The translations under genes and the position numbers were made by a program. Shown piece after piece: positions 24,626 through 37,900 of a stretch of 64,000 bases of DNA (positions are counted from its first letter, which is position 1; every line of letters starts with the position of its first letter). The notes under the pieces were generated by a model. That model saw nothing but the letters and a program-made list of their open reading frames with translations, had not been told where the DNA came from and searched no databases. The stretch is from Marsupella aquatica (taxonomy: Eukaryota; Plantae; Marchantiophyta), in NCBI GenBank assembly GCA_973895155.1, contig OZ316894.1, positions 14,709,680 to 14,773,679 of the forward strand, given 5' to 3'.

Positions 24626-24883
24626 CTTGCGAGCAGAATATCCATGTAAATCACCCTCATGTTGGCCATAGTTCTCAATGTGCTCAATGGCTTCCCAGGC
24701 TTGACGAACCACCATGCCTTTACATCTAACACACCAGCATGGAATAGGTCCTATAGGAGGGGGACATTGAGTCCGAGGAGGGGGAGGAGGAACATCCCCC
24801 TCAGAAGATGACGAGGTTGAGTCTGAGTCCGACTCAGAACTCCCAGAACTGGACATCTGCCCATCATCCATACACAATGTCAC
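24626..24883 (-). CDS. First exon: Ser/Pro-rich region plus transposase-associated Cys/His motif
   Basis: PIPCWCVRCKG...EHIENYG resembles the CACTA Transpos_assoc motif; phase-0 donor AAG|GTATGC at 24625. Confidence 0.7.
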
Positions 24884-25023
24884 TATATTTTAGAATCCGC
24901 ACCATTGTGACAATTATTTACATATATATGTCTTAAGGCAAAACAAAAAAATGTTTAAATCAATAATACCTTAATGAGACCCGTGCTCTGCAGTGCCAAC
25001 TAGGATCTTGGCCTTAGACTATA

Positions 25024-28000
25024 TCAAAGTCAAAGTCAAAGTCAAATTCTAAGCTCCACGATGACCCAATGAGTCAAGGGAGCTGTGGCAAAAAAGCCAA
25101 ATACAAAGCAAAGAAACGAGTAAAATGCTCATGTGAGGATCTCTACATCCTCACTAATAACAAACTAAGGACCTTAAGAGTCACTAATGTGTAATGCTAT
25201 CACATTGTTTCCTATCCACTGCCATGATATACAATCCAAGTTGCTTTGGTGGCAACCTAAATAGATCATGCAGATCAGAAACAAGGATTTGATGTGCTAT
25301 TCGAACCTCCTCATACCGTCTACATGCTATGAATACATGATATTCATCTCAATGCTGCCACTATCACAAAGTCTACACACCCTATCCTGCCTCCTAATTC
25401 CCTTCCATCTACCCTCTTCTACCTCCAAGTGATGTGAGCTGAGTCTATATCTAGCAATCTCTTGTCTCAACCTCATAGAAATGGGAGCTCTAAGATACTC
25501 TTGTTCTTCATACAACATCATGGGGTTTACATCCCTCATAAAATACTGTAATCTAGGGCTAGGATCACTCCAAAGTTTTCTAATAGCTTTATCACGCAAG
25601 AGTGACCAAAGCTTCTTTGGTTGAGTATGCCATTCGTGCTCAGATAAGTCCCATGATTGGGCCCAGCTATATACATCAGCATACCAACCAAAAGCTCTAG
25701 ATATGTGAAAGGCTTGCGTAGGTAGCCTAGAATCATTCAACGCCTCCACTCTCCTAGCATATTGAAGAGTGTGATAGAGAGCTTCAACCTCCAATGGTAG
25801 AAGACCTACCTCAGCCAATAACAAGGGGTATGGGGTTTGGGTTTTCACTCCAAGCTCCATCTCCAAGAAAAGCTTTTGGATGACCTCTACCTTTTTCCAA
25901 CAACATTGAGAAGTAGAAGGGCCCCATACTTGCACCCCATAAAGAATAACAGGCCTTACCAAGGAATTGAAGAGTTGTTTCTTCAACTTCCAAGTGGAAA
26001 GGCTTGCTCCCTTGCACTTCTGAACCATGCTGTAGTAGGCCTTGTAACCATGAGCCACCCTATGCATCACACATGTAGCCCAACTCATGCTTCGAGAAAA
26101 CTCCACCCCAAGATACTTGTAAGAGGTCACCATCTCCACCTTTTCACCTGCAAAATAGAGAGAAAGCTCTTGCTTTGTACCAAGTACAAGGCACTTGGTC
26201 TTCCTCATGTTGACCTGCATGTCTGATTGTTTGCAAAAATGCTCTAGGGCTAGAAGATGTTGTTGCAAATCAGATTGGGAGTGAGCTAGAAGCACCACAT
26301 CATCTGCAAATATAAGAAGTTGGATGGCCAGTGTTCCCAACTGAGAACCTATGCCTCCCATCTCCTCTAGCAAATCATGTAGCTGGTCAATGAAGACCCC
26401 AAAGAGCGTTGGAGATAGTGGGCGGCTTGAATCACACCAAGTGTGCTAGGAACCTCCTCATAGCTACTACCAGAGAATCTAATCATTACCTTTTGATACA
26501 ATTGTGCAATAGCTATTCTCATCTCAAGAGGAACCTCGAGACTAATCAACCGCTCCCAAAGCTTGTGACAAACCCTATCAAATGCTTTGGAGAAGTCTAC
26601 AAACAAGCAAAATAGAGGTAGCTTGAGTCTTTTAGCCCTCTCCTCTAACACTCTAAGGCAAAGCATGTGATCTAGAGTACTAAAACCTGCCCTAAAACCA
26701 GCTTGTGATGATGCTCTTTTCATGTGTTTTTCAACCCAAGAACTAAGTCTAGCTTCTAGTAGTCCTCCTAAAACTTTAGCAAAGATACTAGCTATCATGA
26801 TAGTCCTATAGTTGCTCACCTCATTCTTAGAGTCTCCCTTGTGAATAGGTACCAATCTCCTTGTACTCCAATCTGGAGGTAAGACACCTTGGACCACTTG
26901 ATTCAAACATGCAGTGAGTGCTGATACCAAAGAAGATCCACCCCATTGTAGGAGCTCCACTATGAACCCTTGCAAATCTGCAGCCTTGCCCTTTTGCATT
27001 CTAGATAACGAGTTTGCACCTCTATATCTGAGAATTGAATAGCTTCCCCAATCTCCAAAGGCATGGAAGTAGCTTCAGGATAGAAGTAGAGAGACTTCAC
27101 ATAGCTTACCAATGTTTGTTGCTCCAAGCAAGTATCTTCTTTTTTCACCTGAAATCTCTTCCAAAAGCCTTTAGGATTCTCTTGAAGTTCTTGGGAAAAC
27201 ACTTGTTGATGTTGCCTCATGAAGCATGTTTTCTTGTGCTTCACAAAGTTACTATACATTCTCAATGCAAGTAACTTTACATCTTCAGCTTGTGCCATGG
27301 CTCTCCTTCTAGCTTCTACACACTCTGCATCAAACCATGCTTTCATGGTTTGTTTTGTGGACAATGATCTTTTAGAGAATACAGTAGTAGCTGCTTTTGC
27401 TATCAGTTGTGATAGTTCCAACACATTGGAATGTGTTGATAGTAGGGCCTCAATCTCCCTTCTAAATACATCAGCCTTATCATGATCCAGAAAGAGTCTA
27501 GAAATATGTCTTTTCCTTGTTATCCCCTCTCTAAAACTTGTGGCCAAATCTAGATGAAATAACAAGGGTAGATGTGAAGACTCTGGTTGTTGATCAAGTA
27601 TTCTAAAATCAATCACTCTATTAGCTGAAGATGGTGATGCTAGGAGATAATCAATGGTGTTACATCCTTGGCTTGATCTAAATGTATAACCTGATGAATG
27701 AGGAAATCTTTCAAGCCCATTCAATATTCTCAGATTACAAGAAGCTCATTATTGTAGAAAATGGGGTGTCATATCATTTACCCTAGTATCTATAGTTTTT
27801 CTCAACCAAGATGAGTCTTCATTACATGATATCCAAGGCAATGCCCCCAAATCTCCACTATCAATGAATTGTTGGTGAGACACTCTAGCATTAAAGTCTC
27901 CCACTATCCATGTCTCTCCTAGTAATGATACATCATGTATAACTTGAATCAAGTTATGGAATGGATATTGTGTATTAGCAGTTCCCATCTTGTACACATT

Positions 28001-29750
28001 CATGCTAAGTGGGGCAAAATAGGTGACAATTATAAATGATGGAATACCTCTAGTATGTAGTCTCATCACCATGAATTGTTTGCTTGGATCTTCATGCTCA
28101 ATAGATGTCATGTGTTGAAGATGGTTCTTGGTGTAGACTGCAATACCTCCAAACCCTCTTCCCCTTGTGGTGTTCTTTTTATTGAAGAGAGATCCAATGC
28201 AAGTAAAATCCTTGATGCTAGGTAGATCATTCTCCTCATATTGCCAAGTCTCCAGGAAAAGTAGGATGTCAGCATTCTCAAACAAGGGTTCTCCTCCTAT
28301 TGCTGATTCTATGGAAAGTCCTGAAATATTCCATGCCATGACTCTCAAGGTCCCAACCCATCATTTAGAGGCATCTCTCTTCCTTTGGGTCACAAAAGCT
28401 TGCCCATTGCGCAGGTATGCTACCAATCCTTGATCCTTGGCTCCCTCACCTTGTCAAGCTCAATCTTCCTTGCTTGCACTTGGGTGGGAGTTAGATCATC
28501 ATCCAACCAAATCCTTTGACCCTTGAGCATGCTCCTATTAGCCATCACTCTAACTTTCTCAGATTCCATGCCAAACTTGACCAAGATTGGACGTGGAAGA
28601 TCACCCTTCTTTTGTCCAATCATGTATGCCTGCAAAATGGTAGGTTCATGCACTTTCAAGTGAGATTGGAAGAAGGAAGTGACTACCTCTTTGGTGTTCT
28701 CCTTTTCCACCTCCATCACCCCTGATATCTTACAATTATTCACTCTTGCATGTTGGTTCTTCTGTTCCTCCTCCAGTAATCTTCTCTCCTTTTCCTTGGT
28801 TTGGATAAACTCCATGTGTGATTGTTTGGCTGCTTCAGCATATGTCTTTAGCTTCTCCTCCATCAAGTCCACGGTGTTGTTCTCTTTTAACCTCTCACTC
28901 ATCCCAACTGTATGTTCAGCAATCACCCTAGTGACCTTGATAGAGCCACTCAACTCAATCCTCAACTCATGGATCTCTTTCCTTTGCTCCTCCACTACTC
29001 TCACAAGAATAGCCAATTGGGCTTTTTGGTCAGCCATCTCCTTTGTAAGCCCTTTCAACAAGGACATCACATCCTCCAAACCCACTTGGTCTCCCATGTG
29101 GTCCTCCTTTCCAGTTCCAAAGCAATCTCCAAAGATGTGTATACTGGTGCGAGCTCTAATTTCTCCAAGCCCTAATTTGTCAAATCCCTAATGTTTTAAA
29201 TCGGACCAAGAGCAAAGACAGACTCTAGCTATTTTGTGAAGGATCAACACTTTTCACAACATCTATAATCAAAGTTTCTAGAAGCTTGGGAGCATGAATC
29301 TAGCACAACTTAACCATAAAGCTCCCAAGAAACTCAAATCCCTAAAATTATGAACTTTTAGTTTCAAATCCCTAAAAATCTGCAATGGTGGCTTCACATA
29401 AACAGTGAATAGCTCACAAGCAGTGTCAAATAGGAAGATAGTAGACCTCAAGGCGCTCCTAATGAGCCCAAGAACGTCCCTAGAGTTGTCTCAGAGCCCG
29501 AGCAATCAAAGTCGTAAATTCGCGGAAGTGCGGATTCAAAGCAAACCTTAAAATGCAAAACTCAATCTACCATAACTGTCTCAATTTTGAACCGTTTTGA
29601 ACGTTTTTTAGGTCGATTTGGGGCGCCTTGAAGAGCTCTTTCCAGTCCAATTCAAAGAAATGGATTTGGGGAAATGGTTGAAGAGATAGAACCCAATTTA
29701 GAGGCGCAGCTAGCTCCAACTAGGTCCAATTCGATGGGAATGATTTGGTC
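25024..29750 (-). mobile_element. Near full-length RTEX-like LINE family B (ORF1 29097-28361; APE-RT-Zn ORF2 28360 to ~25200), frameshifted; 5' end approximate
   Basis: AWNISG, GDFNAR, TIDY, SSHLP (APE); QAGFR, VDFSKAFD, FADD, YKYLG (RT); (TTTGAC)n tail. Confidence 0.92.
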
Positions 29751-29899
29751 CTTGTTAGAGTCTTGATCCTCAAGCTTGTTTTGTACTCCCTAGCATCTTT
29801 GCTCCAAGATCCAAGCTCCAAGCTATACCAGAATTGCCACATTCATACTCCAAGCTTCATGCTCCATGCTCCATGCTCCAATGCTTCATGCTCCATTTT

Positions 29900-30550
29900 C
29901 CAAATGCTGGTGCCCTGGTTATTCTGTCAAACCCAAAATTATATATCCGTGGGCAACCCGTGAAGAAACCAAGTAAGCTAGAGAGCATTGCCCGGCCGGG
30001 GTCGAATCTTAGCCGCACGTTTCTGGATATTTTGAATGAACTTCCGCACGGACTCCTTTTCCCCCATTTGAAGGTGGTCAATCTTCAACAAGGAGCGCAA
30101 CTCCGCTCCAATGGCATGAAACTCTTGTAACAAGGCTGCTTGGAACTGTGGCCATGTGATTCCGGGTTGCAACAAGTTGTACCATGGGCGGGCTTCTCCC
30201 CGCATTACTCAAGGAAGAACTGCCAATTTAATGGCATCCTCCCCGTTAGCTTTGGTGGTGGCTTTGAATTCATCCAACCATTCGTCCGGATCATCCCCAT
30301 GGCGTCCTTTGAATGCTCGGTAATGAAACCATGACCATTGTGATACTTGAGGAGGAGCTTGGGCCGCACGGACAGCCATTGGAGGAGCTGCCGCCATGGG
30401 TGCTGATGGAGGTGGTGGCGCTGGCGGGGGTGCAACAAGGGTCGGGGCAGGACCTGCTAAACTGGAACCTGTTGGTCCCAATGGGACATTCATCCGTCTT
30501 GGCGAGTGCAAACCCTTTGAGTCTGATGATTCAGAGCTGGTTGTTGACAC
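29900..30550 (-). pseudogene. Retrotransposon gag (second LTR family), 3'-truncated
   Basis: FKGRHGDDPDEWLDEF...MRGEARPWY...TWPQFQAALLQEF...QMGEKESVRKF. Confidence 0.8.
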
Positions 30551-30705
30551 ACTTTCTCATTCGCTTGTTAATCTCCTTAGTTATGCTGCCTGAGAACAAG
30601 TGACGGGCATCTACTCCTAGGCAATAGTAAACAACTCACTGGGGCCCAGGGTCCCATGATAACGTACATACGCACATGACTCCACTCTAATACAACTTAG
30701 AGCGC

Positions 30706-30723
30706 CCCCTCCATCTAGCGCCA
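30706..30723 (-). promoter_or_regulatory. Probable PBS for the gag at 30550
   Basis: TGGCGCTAGATGGAGGGG on the minus strand, shortly after a ...GGCACA putative LTR end (30735). Confidence 0.55.
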
Positions 30724-31699
30724 AAAAGAAAGGCTGTGCCACGCCAACAGATCCATCCTTACGTGGATTTTGGCCTAGGCGGGCATAAACTCCGTTACTA
30801 TTGAGGTTTTGGGCAAGGAGGGATGTGCAAACGGTACTTTATTCCCATAACTTGGCGCTAACCGCGCCTGATTCTACCCCTACACGTACCATAGGTATGC
30901 TTTGTGTTCCGCTGCCAAAACGTACCTTAAGTCGACCGCTTGATTGACCCTGGCTTAAGGACTTCTAAGTCTTTGTGTTGTCTGCCTCCGATCCGGATCC
31001 AATGATACGGGTGTCCAACCCAGACTTGCAACCACTATCCGCAGTTCACACCCCATGCATAGCTTGCATAATGCATTTGGCCAAGCGTTTTCTACCCGTA
31101 TACAAGATTGACGACTGCAACAAAATTCACAACATACAATCTTGGTTTACACAAAGGAAATGATGGGGAAACAACTTTACTTCAAAATCCATTACACACA
31201 TACACATGGTTGACTCAACTTCTTATGAATTAGTAGGCCCAACGACGGCTAGATGTACACTACAACAGACCCCAGCTCCGCACTCGCCCAACGAGATTAG
31301 TCGTACACTCACCCCTTGGTGCTCTTGTATTCACAAAGGCCGGGACTCCCCGCACATCCTGTTGACACCCAGTTTTGAACCTAAAATCCCCCTGCCTCTA
31401 CCGGGGGTGCACTAAATACTAACTAAAGGCCGCGGCCAGGAATGGCCACAACGCCCGGACCTAAATTCCTCTAATTTTCAGGCCCAAAACGGCGTGTCTT
31501 ATTCTAAGATTCTACGCTAAGTAGGGTCAGTCGGATAGGACAGCGCCGCTTAACTAGTTTTGGCGCTTGTCCCCAGTGTCTGACTTCCTTGTCTAATCCT
31601 AGCTCTATGCTAAACCTACTCTGTCGCTAATGTCTGGCACGCTTGCCAAACCCACCTAAGTTGGACTTGGAGCGGCCATCCCGCTGTCTCCTTAGCCAG

Positions 31700-33112
31700 T
31701 CTATGTCCTGCTTGAGTAGCTAGACTTGATCTAGGAGAGACTCGTTCTCTTGCTTCAACATGTCCATCTCCTCCGTAGCGTCCTGGCACGCCTCTTCCAA
31801 TTGTTGGGCATCGCTTGTCAGCTGCGCCACCAGTTGGTCTTGCTTTGTGGCTTCTTGTAGAAGCTGTGCCACCTCCACCTTCAAGGCGTCAATCTCTGTA
31901 TTATCTCTTTGGGCCCAGGCATCAGCGTCCTCCGCGTCCTTTTGCCAAGTGACAGCTTGTCCTTTTAGGCTGTCAATCTATGCCCAAAGCCAAGCAATCT
32001 CCGCATCCTTCCTGGCTTTGGCTTATGCGGCTAAGGCAGCCCTGGCTTTGGCCTCAGTGATCTGGGCCAAAGCGGTCGCGAGCTGGGCCAAAGAAGCTGA
32101 AGCTTGGTCTCTCAATCCGAGGCTTCATTTAAAAGTTGGGTTGCCATAACCCAATACTACTCTAATCTCCTCATGGCTTTGGATTGTGCTTGTCCTACCC
32201 GTACCACCGCAACCAGTTGTTGGCTGAAGAAGTACACCACCTTTTGGGCCATAAACAAGTTGGTCTTGACTGACTTTTGCAAAGAAGTTGCCAAGCAACC
32301 CATTCAGAAATGTACCCAAAGCAAAGTATTTTGGGTGCCTTAGGTCATGGCTGCTGGCTCTCGGGCACTGCCCTCCTTCTATGTGGGTGGAGGTGGACAA
32401 ATCCAGCTCCAGGGTGACAAAGACCGGGGTAGTTGGATCCGTGGAGGACGGGGGTTCCATTGGTGCCGTTGTGGGGGATGTAAAGGCCTCCTCAATTGGG
32501 GCTACCGGCTTGGGCTCAGATTCAACAGGTTCGGCCATGACGGTTACTCAAGCTTGGTTTTGTGCGTCCAAGGTCGCGATGACAACTGCGTCCGGTACAG
32601 AAGGAGGGGCTTTAGGGGTGGGTTGCGGGGTCAAGGTAGGGATGGAAGCCATGGGTGCTGGGCTTTGGGCCTTGGGTTGGGGCCGTCTCTCTTGAGCCGG
32701 AAAGACTTCTGCACCTGGCCAAGGTGAGTTTGGGCTCGTTGCATCGAGGAAGGGTTTGACAATCAAAACGGGCGTACCACTCTATGATTATGAAGATGTG
32801 GCTTGCAAGGTATGTCTTTCCCCCGAGGTACAAGGTCTTCCTTTGTCATTCCATCTCCTCGTGGAACTTTGTGACAAAGAAAGAAGCCCACTTCCTAGGC
32901 ACCGTTCTTGACCTGAATCACGTGGGCGGCGGAAATCTCTCCTTGTGGCTCCATCATGTGGAGCGCATACCTCTAGAACTCCAATCGCTCCGCTATCTCC
33001 GGGATGAGGCATGTCCGCATGAGGAAGCCATTGTCCACCAATCCCTTGGGCAGGAAGCTAGAGGACTGGTACTTGGCTCCCTTGCCCCCTGGTGCCCATT
33101 GTCCGTAGAGCA
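31700..33112 (-). pseudogene. Degenerate retrotransposon accessory ORF (globular part, Pro-rich linker, coiled coil)
   Basis: KWASFFVTKFHEE..KTYLASHIFII, then a P/T-rich stretch and an A/K/E/Q-rich helix; several stops. Confidence 0.45.
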
Positions 33113-33900
33113 GTTTAAAGCGGTGTGAAATTAAACTTTTTGTGTTTTTAGGGACTTGACTTTTTATCTTAGTTTTTATAAGTTATTTAAACTCTATTTA
33201 ATCCTTTTCAGTTATTATTTCCAAAGCCAAATTACACTAATCCATTCTTATCAAAAACATTAAATCATCGCTTTCATTCATTCACAACTCATTGCATTCA
33301 TAAATTTTTCTCATACATTTTTTATCCATCTACAACTCATCATTGCCATGGCAAAAGTAATCCAAACTTCTTAATTGTTTCTTTTATTTAAGAAAAGTTT
33401 TGGTTTGAAGTTACAAAGAGTTTTCTTTGGTTGCCCGTCCTCTAGCTCGGGTTTCCATGCTAAATCCAATTCAGGTCATCGGGTCAGGTCAGTTGTCGAT
33501 AGTCACGCCTTGACACTCGCTACAAAGCTTCATTCGTTGTCGTGCTTCCCTCTTGTCTTCGTTTTTCTTTTCCATTTCCCGAGCTTCTTCTTTTGGCCCT
33601 CCTTTTCCCCCCTTCTCAATTTTCCAATCCCACAACAAGAAGAATCTATGACCAGAATCTTCAAAAACCATATCTCCTAAATCCTCTTTATCAACTTTCC
33701 TTTTTCTAGTCCCCTCTAAGTGAAACAGCAGCGGACAATTCCTAATTTAAATACCAAACCAATCCCTAGATTCCACTCAGTAAAAGAATGTAACATAATC
33801 AACTTGTAGCCTTCCTCAAATCTCCAAAACTTCAAATTAAAAAAAACAGAAGTAATCCATACTTCCAATCGGAACTTCTTAATTAATCTCATGAAAATTT
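33113..33900 (-). repeat. Diverged 3' part of an LTR related to the 8601 family
   Basis: Reverse complement of AAGTCCCTAAAAAC..CCGCTTTAAACTG; carries both small ORFs. Confidence 0.85.
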
Positions 33901-34585
33901 TACTTTCTCTTCTTGGTCCAAGAAAAATAAATTAAAGCTCTTATTCCTGGCCTCAATTATTTCACTCCATTCTCCTTGAATAATCTCAATTTAACATTCT
34001 TAAGCATCCCAATAAGGTCTATTTCTTCTCTTCACAGCACATCATAGTCTTTTTCAGGATCAATCTTTTGTCTTTCTTGTCAGTTCAGTTCAGAGAGCTG
34101 AGAGAGGAGGCGGAGCTAAGCTGACATGTTTGACTAAGGCATCGATTGGAAGTGTGGATCGTTTGGCTGCTGGGCTGGCTTTTCTGGTCGGCTAGCTGCT
34201 GGTTGAGGATTCAGGGTGGCTGGCCTTTAATTGAGTGTCCTGATCTATCAATCAGATTTGGAGTTGTGGCACATCCGCGATCTATTTTGGTCGTAAATCT
34301 TCAACCGTTTGACAAGAGTAGGAGCTTTTAGCATGGTTGGAAAGCTCTCATCAAGGCGTGCAAGATAGATATAAAGAACTCCAAAAACGAAGCTCTATCA
34401 AGTGAGATACAGTCGTCGACATTTTGACTTCACCGAAATGCAATTTTGGGACGATTTTGCGAATTTCCGACTTTGATCTCTACTGTTTGCATCAACGACT
34501 TGGGGCATGTAAGGGCTCATTAGGAGCGTCTGTGAGTGCTTCATCTCCTCATGATTATCTCACATATAGGTATCTATTACCAAGA

Positions 34586-34823
34586 TCTGCCCCCTCAGCA
34601 ACTTGGAAGATATATCTTTGCGGTGGATAGGGAAAGGAGAATAGGTTTGGAAAATCTTTCAGGGCTCTCTAGGTCCATAGTTTCTTTGAGGACATAGTTG
34701 TCCTCTTTTGAGCAATCTCTTTTGGTTGCTCTTTTCTTTGATTGCATTGTACTTTACTTTTTGTGGCAGGTCCTTTGACTTTCATGGTCCCGGAGCTTAT
34801 AATACATTACCATTACCATTACC
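34586..34823 (+). mobile_element. Short LINE-A 3' fragment with TSD ATTACCAAGA
   Basis: TSD at 34576-34585 and 34818-34827, overlapping the (CATTAC)n tail. Confidence 0.9.
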
Positions 34824-34937
34824 AAGAGAGATATGTGTTTAAGAGTTGGAACACCTTCATGCAGATTTTAGGGATTTGGTCTCTATTTTGAGGTTTAGAG
34901 GAAGACTGATTGATCTCTTTGAGCATGTCACATCAGC

Positions 34938-37900
34938 ATGAGCTCAGGTGACTCTAACAGGGATCCATGGCGGCCATACCATCTCCGAAGTGACCCACGC
35001 CCGCTAGAGACTATCCCTCTCAAATCATCTAGATCATTTAGAAGGAGACACACCCAGAATACTTCTGGATTTGTCGGGGCAGGAAGCTCACATCAGGTGA
35101 TTCCAACAACTACATCATATCAGGTTCCTCAATCGTCTATTCAACCACAATCAGGCCTGTACACGCCTCTTTCAGCTCCGACCAGCACATTCCCAGCTCC
35201 GCTGTCGACATCAACAATTCCACCAGTGTACGGGATGGAGGCTAGCAGCTCATCCAGCAAAATCGGGAAGTTTAGTGGTCGGCCTGGCACCATTTCTCTA
35301 CGGGAATTCAAAGCAGCATTTTACACAGTTGTGTATGAGTTGGAACTCAAGTACTTGAGCCACTACACTGCTGCCTTTGCATTCAAAAAATTGGCAAGGT
35401 ATGTGCACCATGAGGCATTGGACGTGTACCAGCAGCACTCGAGGCGGTTATTGGGTGTCACTCAAACCCCAAATCCTGCTTACGCTGCTGCCATAGCCGG
35501 TGCCCACCAGACAGCACTACAAGCTGCCATTGCAGCGCATGCTGCTGTTGCCGCTTCTTCATCTAGTAGTGCACCTTTGCCAGCACCCACTACAGTGGTA
35601 TTGAGTCCAGCTGAGCTTGCTCTAGCTATTACAGGCATCTCTCCCACTGTTGATACACCATTGTATCTTGATCCAGTGGATGAGTTCTTTCAAATTCTTG
35701 AACAGGAATTTCCAGTGAAGAGCTCAGAGAAGATAATGCAGCTTGCTACATTCATGCGGCAGAAGGATGAAACGTTGAAGATGATGTACCAACGATTGCT
35801 CAAGTTGAAGGAGGATACCAACAGTATCACAGACCAAGAGGCTGCAAATCGTTATCTTGATGCACTTGAGAGTAACCCTTCACTCCATTTGCAGGTGCTA
35901 CATCAGGTCTTTGCACAACATGGGGATTCTTACAATCTTCTTCAAGTGTACAACATTGCAGAGAAGCTTGAGCTTGCCCATGCTCATTACCAGGCCAATC
36001 ACTCACGTCGTGGGCCACGAACCAGGCCTTTTGTTCCTACCCCGGCATCTGGTAGGTCAATAGTGCTCAATAGTGCAATCCCAACGAGTTAAGCATGCCC
36101 ATTCTGCACCTATGCTTGTCCCTTCTTGCAATTACTGTGGGAATCCGGATCATAAGGCTAATGAATGTGATGTCCCTCCGGATGAGCTCTACTATGACTT
36201 TTGTGGGAAGTCTGGACATTTGGAACCTTTATGTTTCTCCAAGTTTCCAGAGCGAAAGAACTTGAGGCACCAGCCAACTCCCACCGTTGCCCCTTCTTCT
36301 GTTGCCCAGTCTAAGAGGAGTGTTGTCGCTTCCCCTTCATCATCCAACAAACCTGCTGGTTTCAACAAGAATGCCAAGAAGGAGGAGTACCAGAAAGCTC
36401 AGAAGGAGGTTCTTCAAGCTCAAGCTACTCAGGTGCAAGAATTGACCAGCGAGTTGGAGGCAGTCCGCGCTCAATTTGCATCCCTCCAAGGCAAATCAGT
36501 ACAGCCAGCAGGTCATGCTCAACCTGTGGCTGGTGCTCCTGCAAGTAGCAGTACTACACCGCTGCCACAGTCCTTCTACAACCTCCCTTATGATGCCATG
36601 GCTGGAGAGTACATTGTTGGTCCCACTCCCACATCTGGTCTTACTAGTGAATTCTCCAATTCATTTTGCCCCTCATACTTTGCACACCAGCAAGCTAGTG
36701 TGGCCACCCGTGCAGCTACCAATCGGAGGGTAGTCCAAACTGATGGCCTTGCCTCTGGATCTAGTCCTATCACACAGTCCAGGGGTGCCAGAGCTACCAT
36801 ACCACAATCTTTTCGACCACTTACTCCAACCTCAGAGGCTACCTTGTTGGCAAGGGGAGGTAGGAATGACATAGCTTCTTTGCCAACCGGTGCCTCAAAT
36901 CTGAATTTAGTACGGGGGCATGTACAGCAACCAGATGCATCACCAAAAGCTGATCACATGGTACCACCTCCATTTCATATTTCAGGCATGGCACACCAAT
37001 TTCTCACTACTCCATTGTTTAGTTGCCAAGACCTAGAGTTGAATGCTAGAGATGTGATTACCTTGCTGGAGGGCACACTGAACTCTACGTCAGGTCCCTC
37101 ATCAACTACTGTGATGCCTGTTATGGAGGTCCAACATCAGGTTTTGATTGGACCGTCCCCTTTGTCACATGCTGAACATAGTATGCATTTGTCACTTCCT
37201 AGTTCTAGTTCTAGTTCTAGTGCTACGATGAGTATTGATTCCATGGCTAGGTCTACATCTAAGTGTTCAGGGAATTCTCAGTCCCTCTTGGACGTGCTCA
37301 TTAGTGACAAGGTTGTGGATACTAATGTCCTGCACAAGATGTCTCACAATGTGCCCAAGATTGTTCCTAGTGACATGACTTCAGTCTCCACTAGTGTTGC
37401 CATTGTTGATAATAGGACTGCAGCGGTACAGGTGGAGGGTCACATTCCTAAGGTAACCTAGATACTGGAGCTCAGCCTGTCATACTTGGAATTCAATTTG
37501 CCAAACAGTTGGGGCTAGTTGATTCCAAATTGCAAAAATCAGCATGGTACATCCGGACAGCAAGTGGCACCTTGAAGGAGGTACTAGGTGAGAGTGCTCA
37601 ATTGCTCACTCTCTCTTTCAATGAAGGTACAGATCAGGAACTCCAATTCCAGGTCAGATGTCTGGTAACCAATGTCACAAGCTATGATGTGCTCATTGGC
37701 CAAGAGGCTTTATTCCCGCCAGGATTTACCATTGATAACTGGTTTGAGCATGCATACTATCGTGCTGATTGGCAAACTGATGGCATGTGCTTGGGCTACA
37801 TTCCACTGGATTTACATGGGGAGCATACCCCTAGTGCTCACTACTGTGTGCGCGCTGCAAGACCGTAAGAAGACAGCTTTTCATGGGAGCAATCGATTGT

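Noticed and set aside
2969-24995. CACTGCA at 2969 and TGCAGTG at 24995 as CACTA termini
   Set aside because: Only 7 bp match, the 3-bp flanks differ (GGT vs CCA), and the right end is implausibly close to exon 1
28679-32727. Plus-strand ORFs such as 28679-29191, 31760-32149 and 32288-32695
   Set aside because: Antisense shadows of minus-strand TE coding sequence
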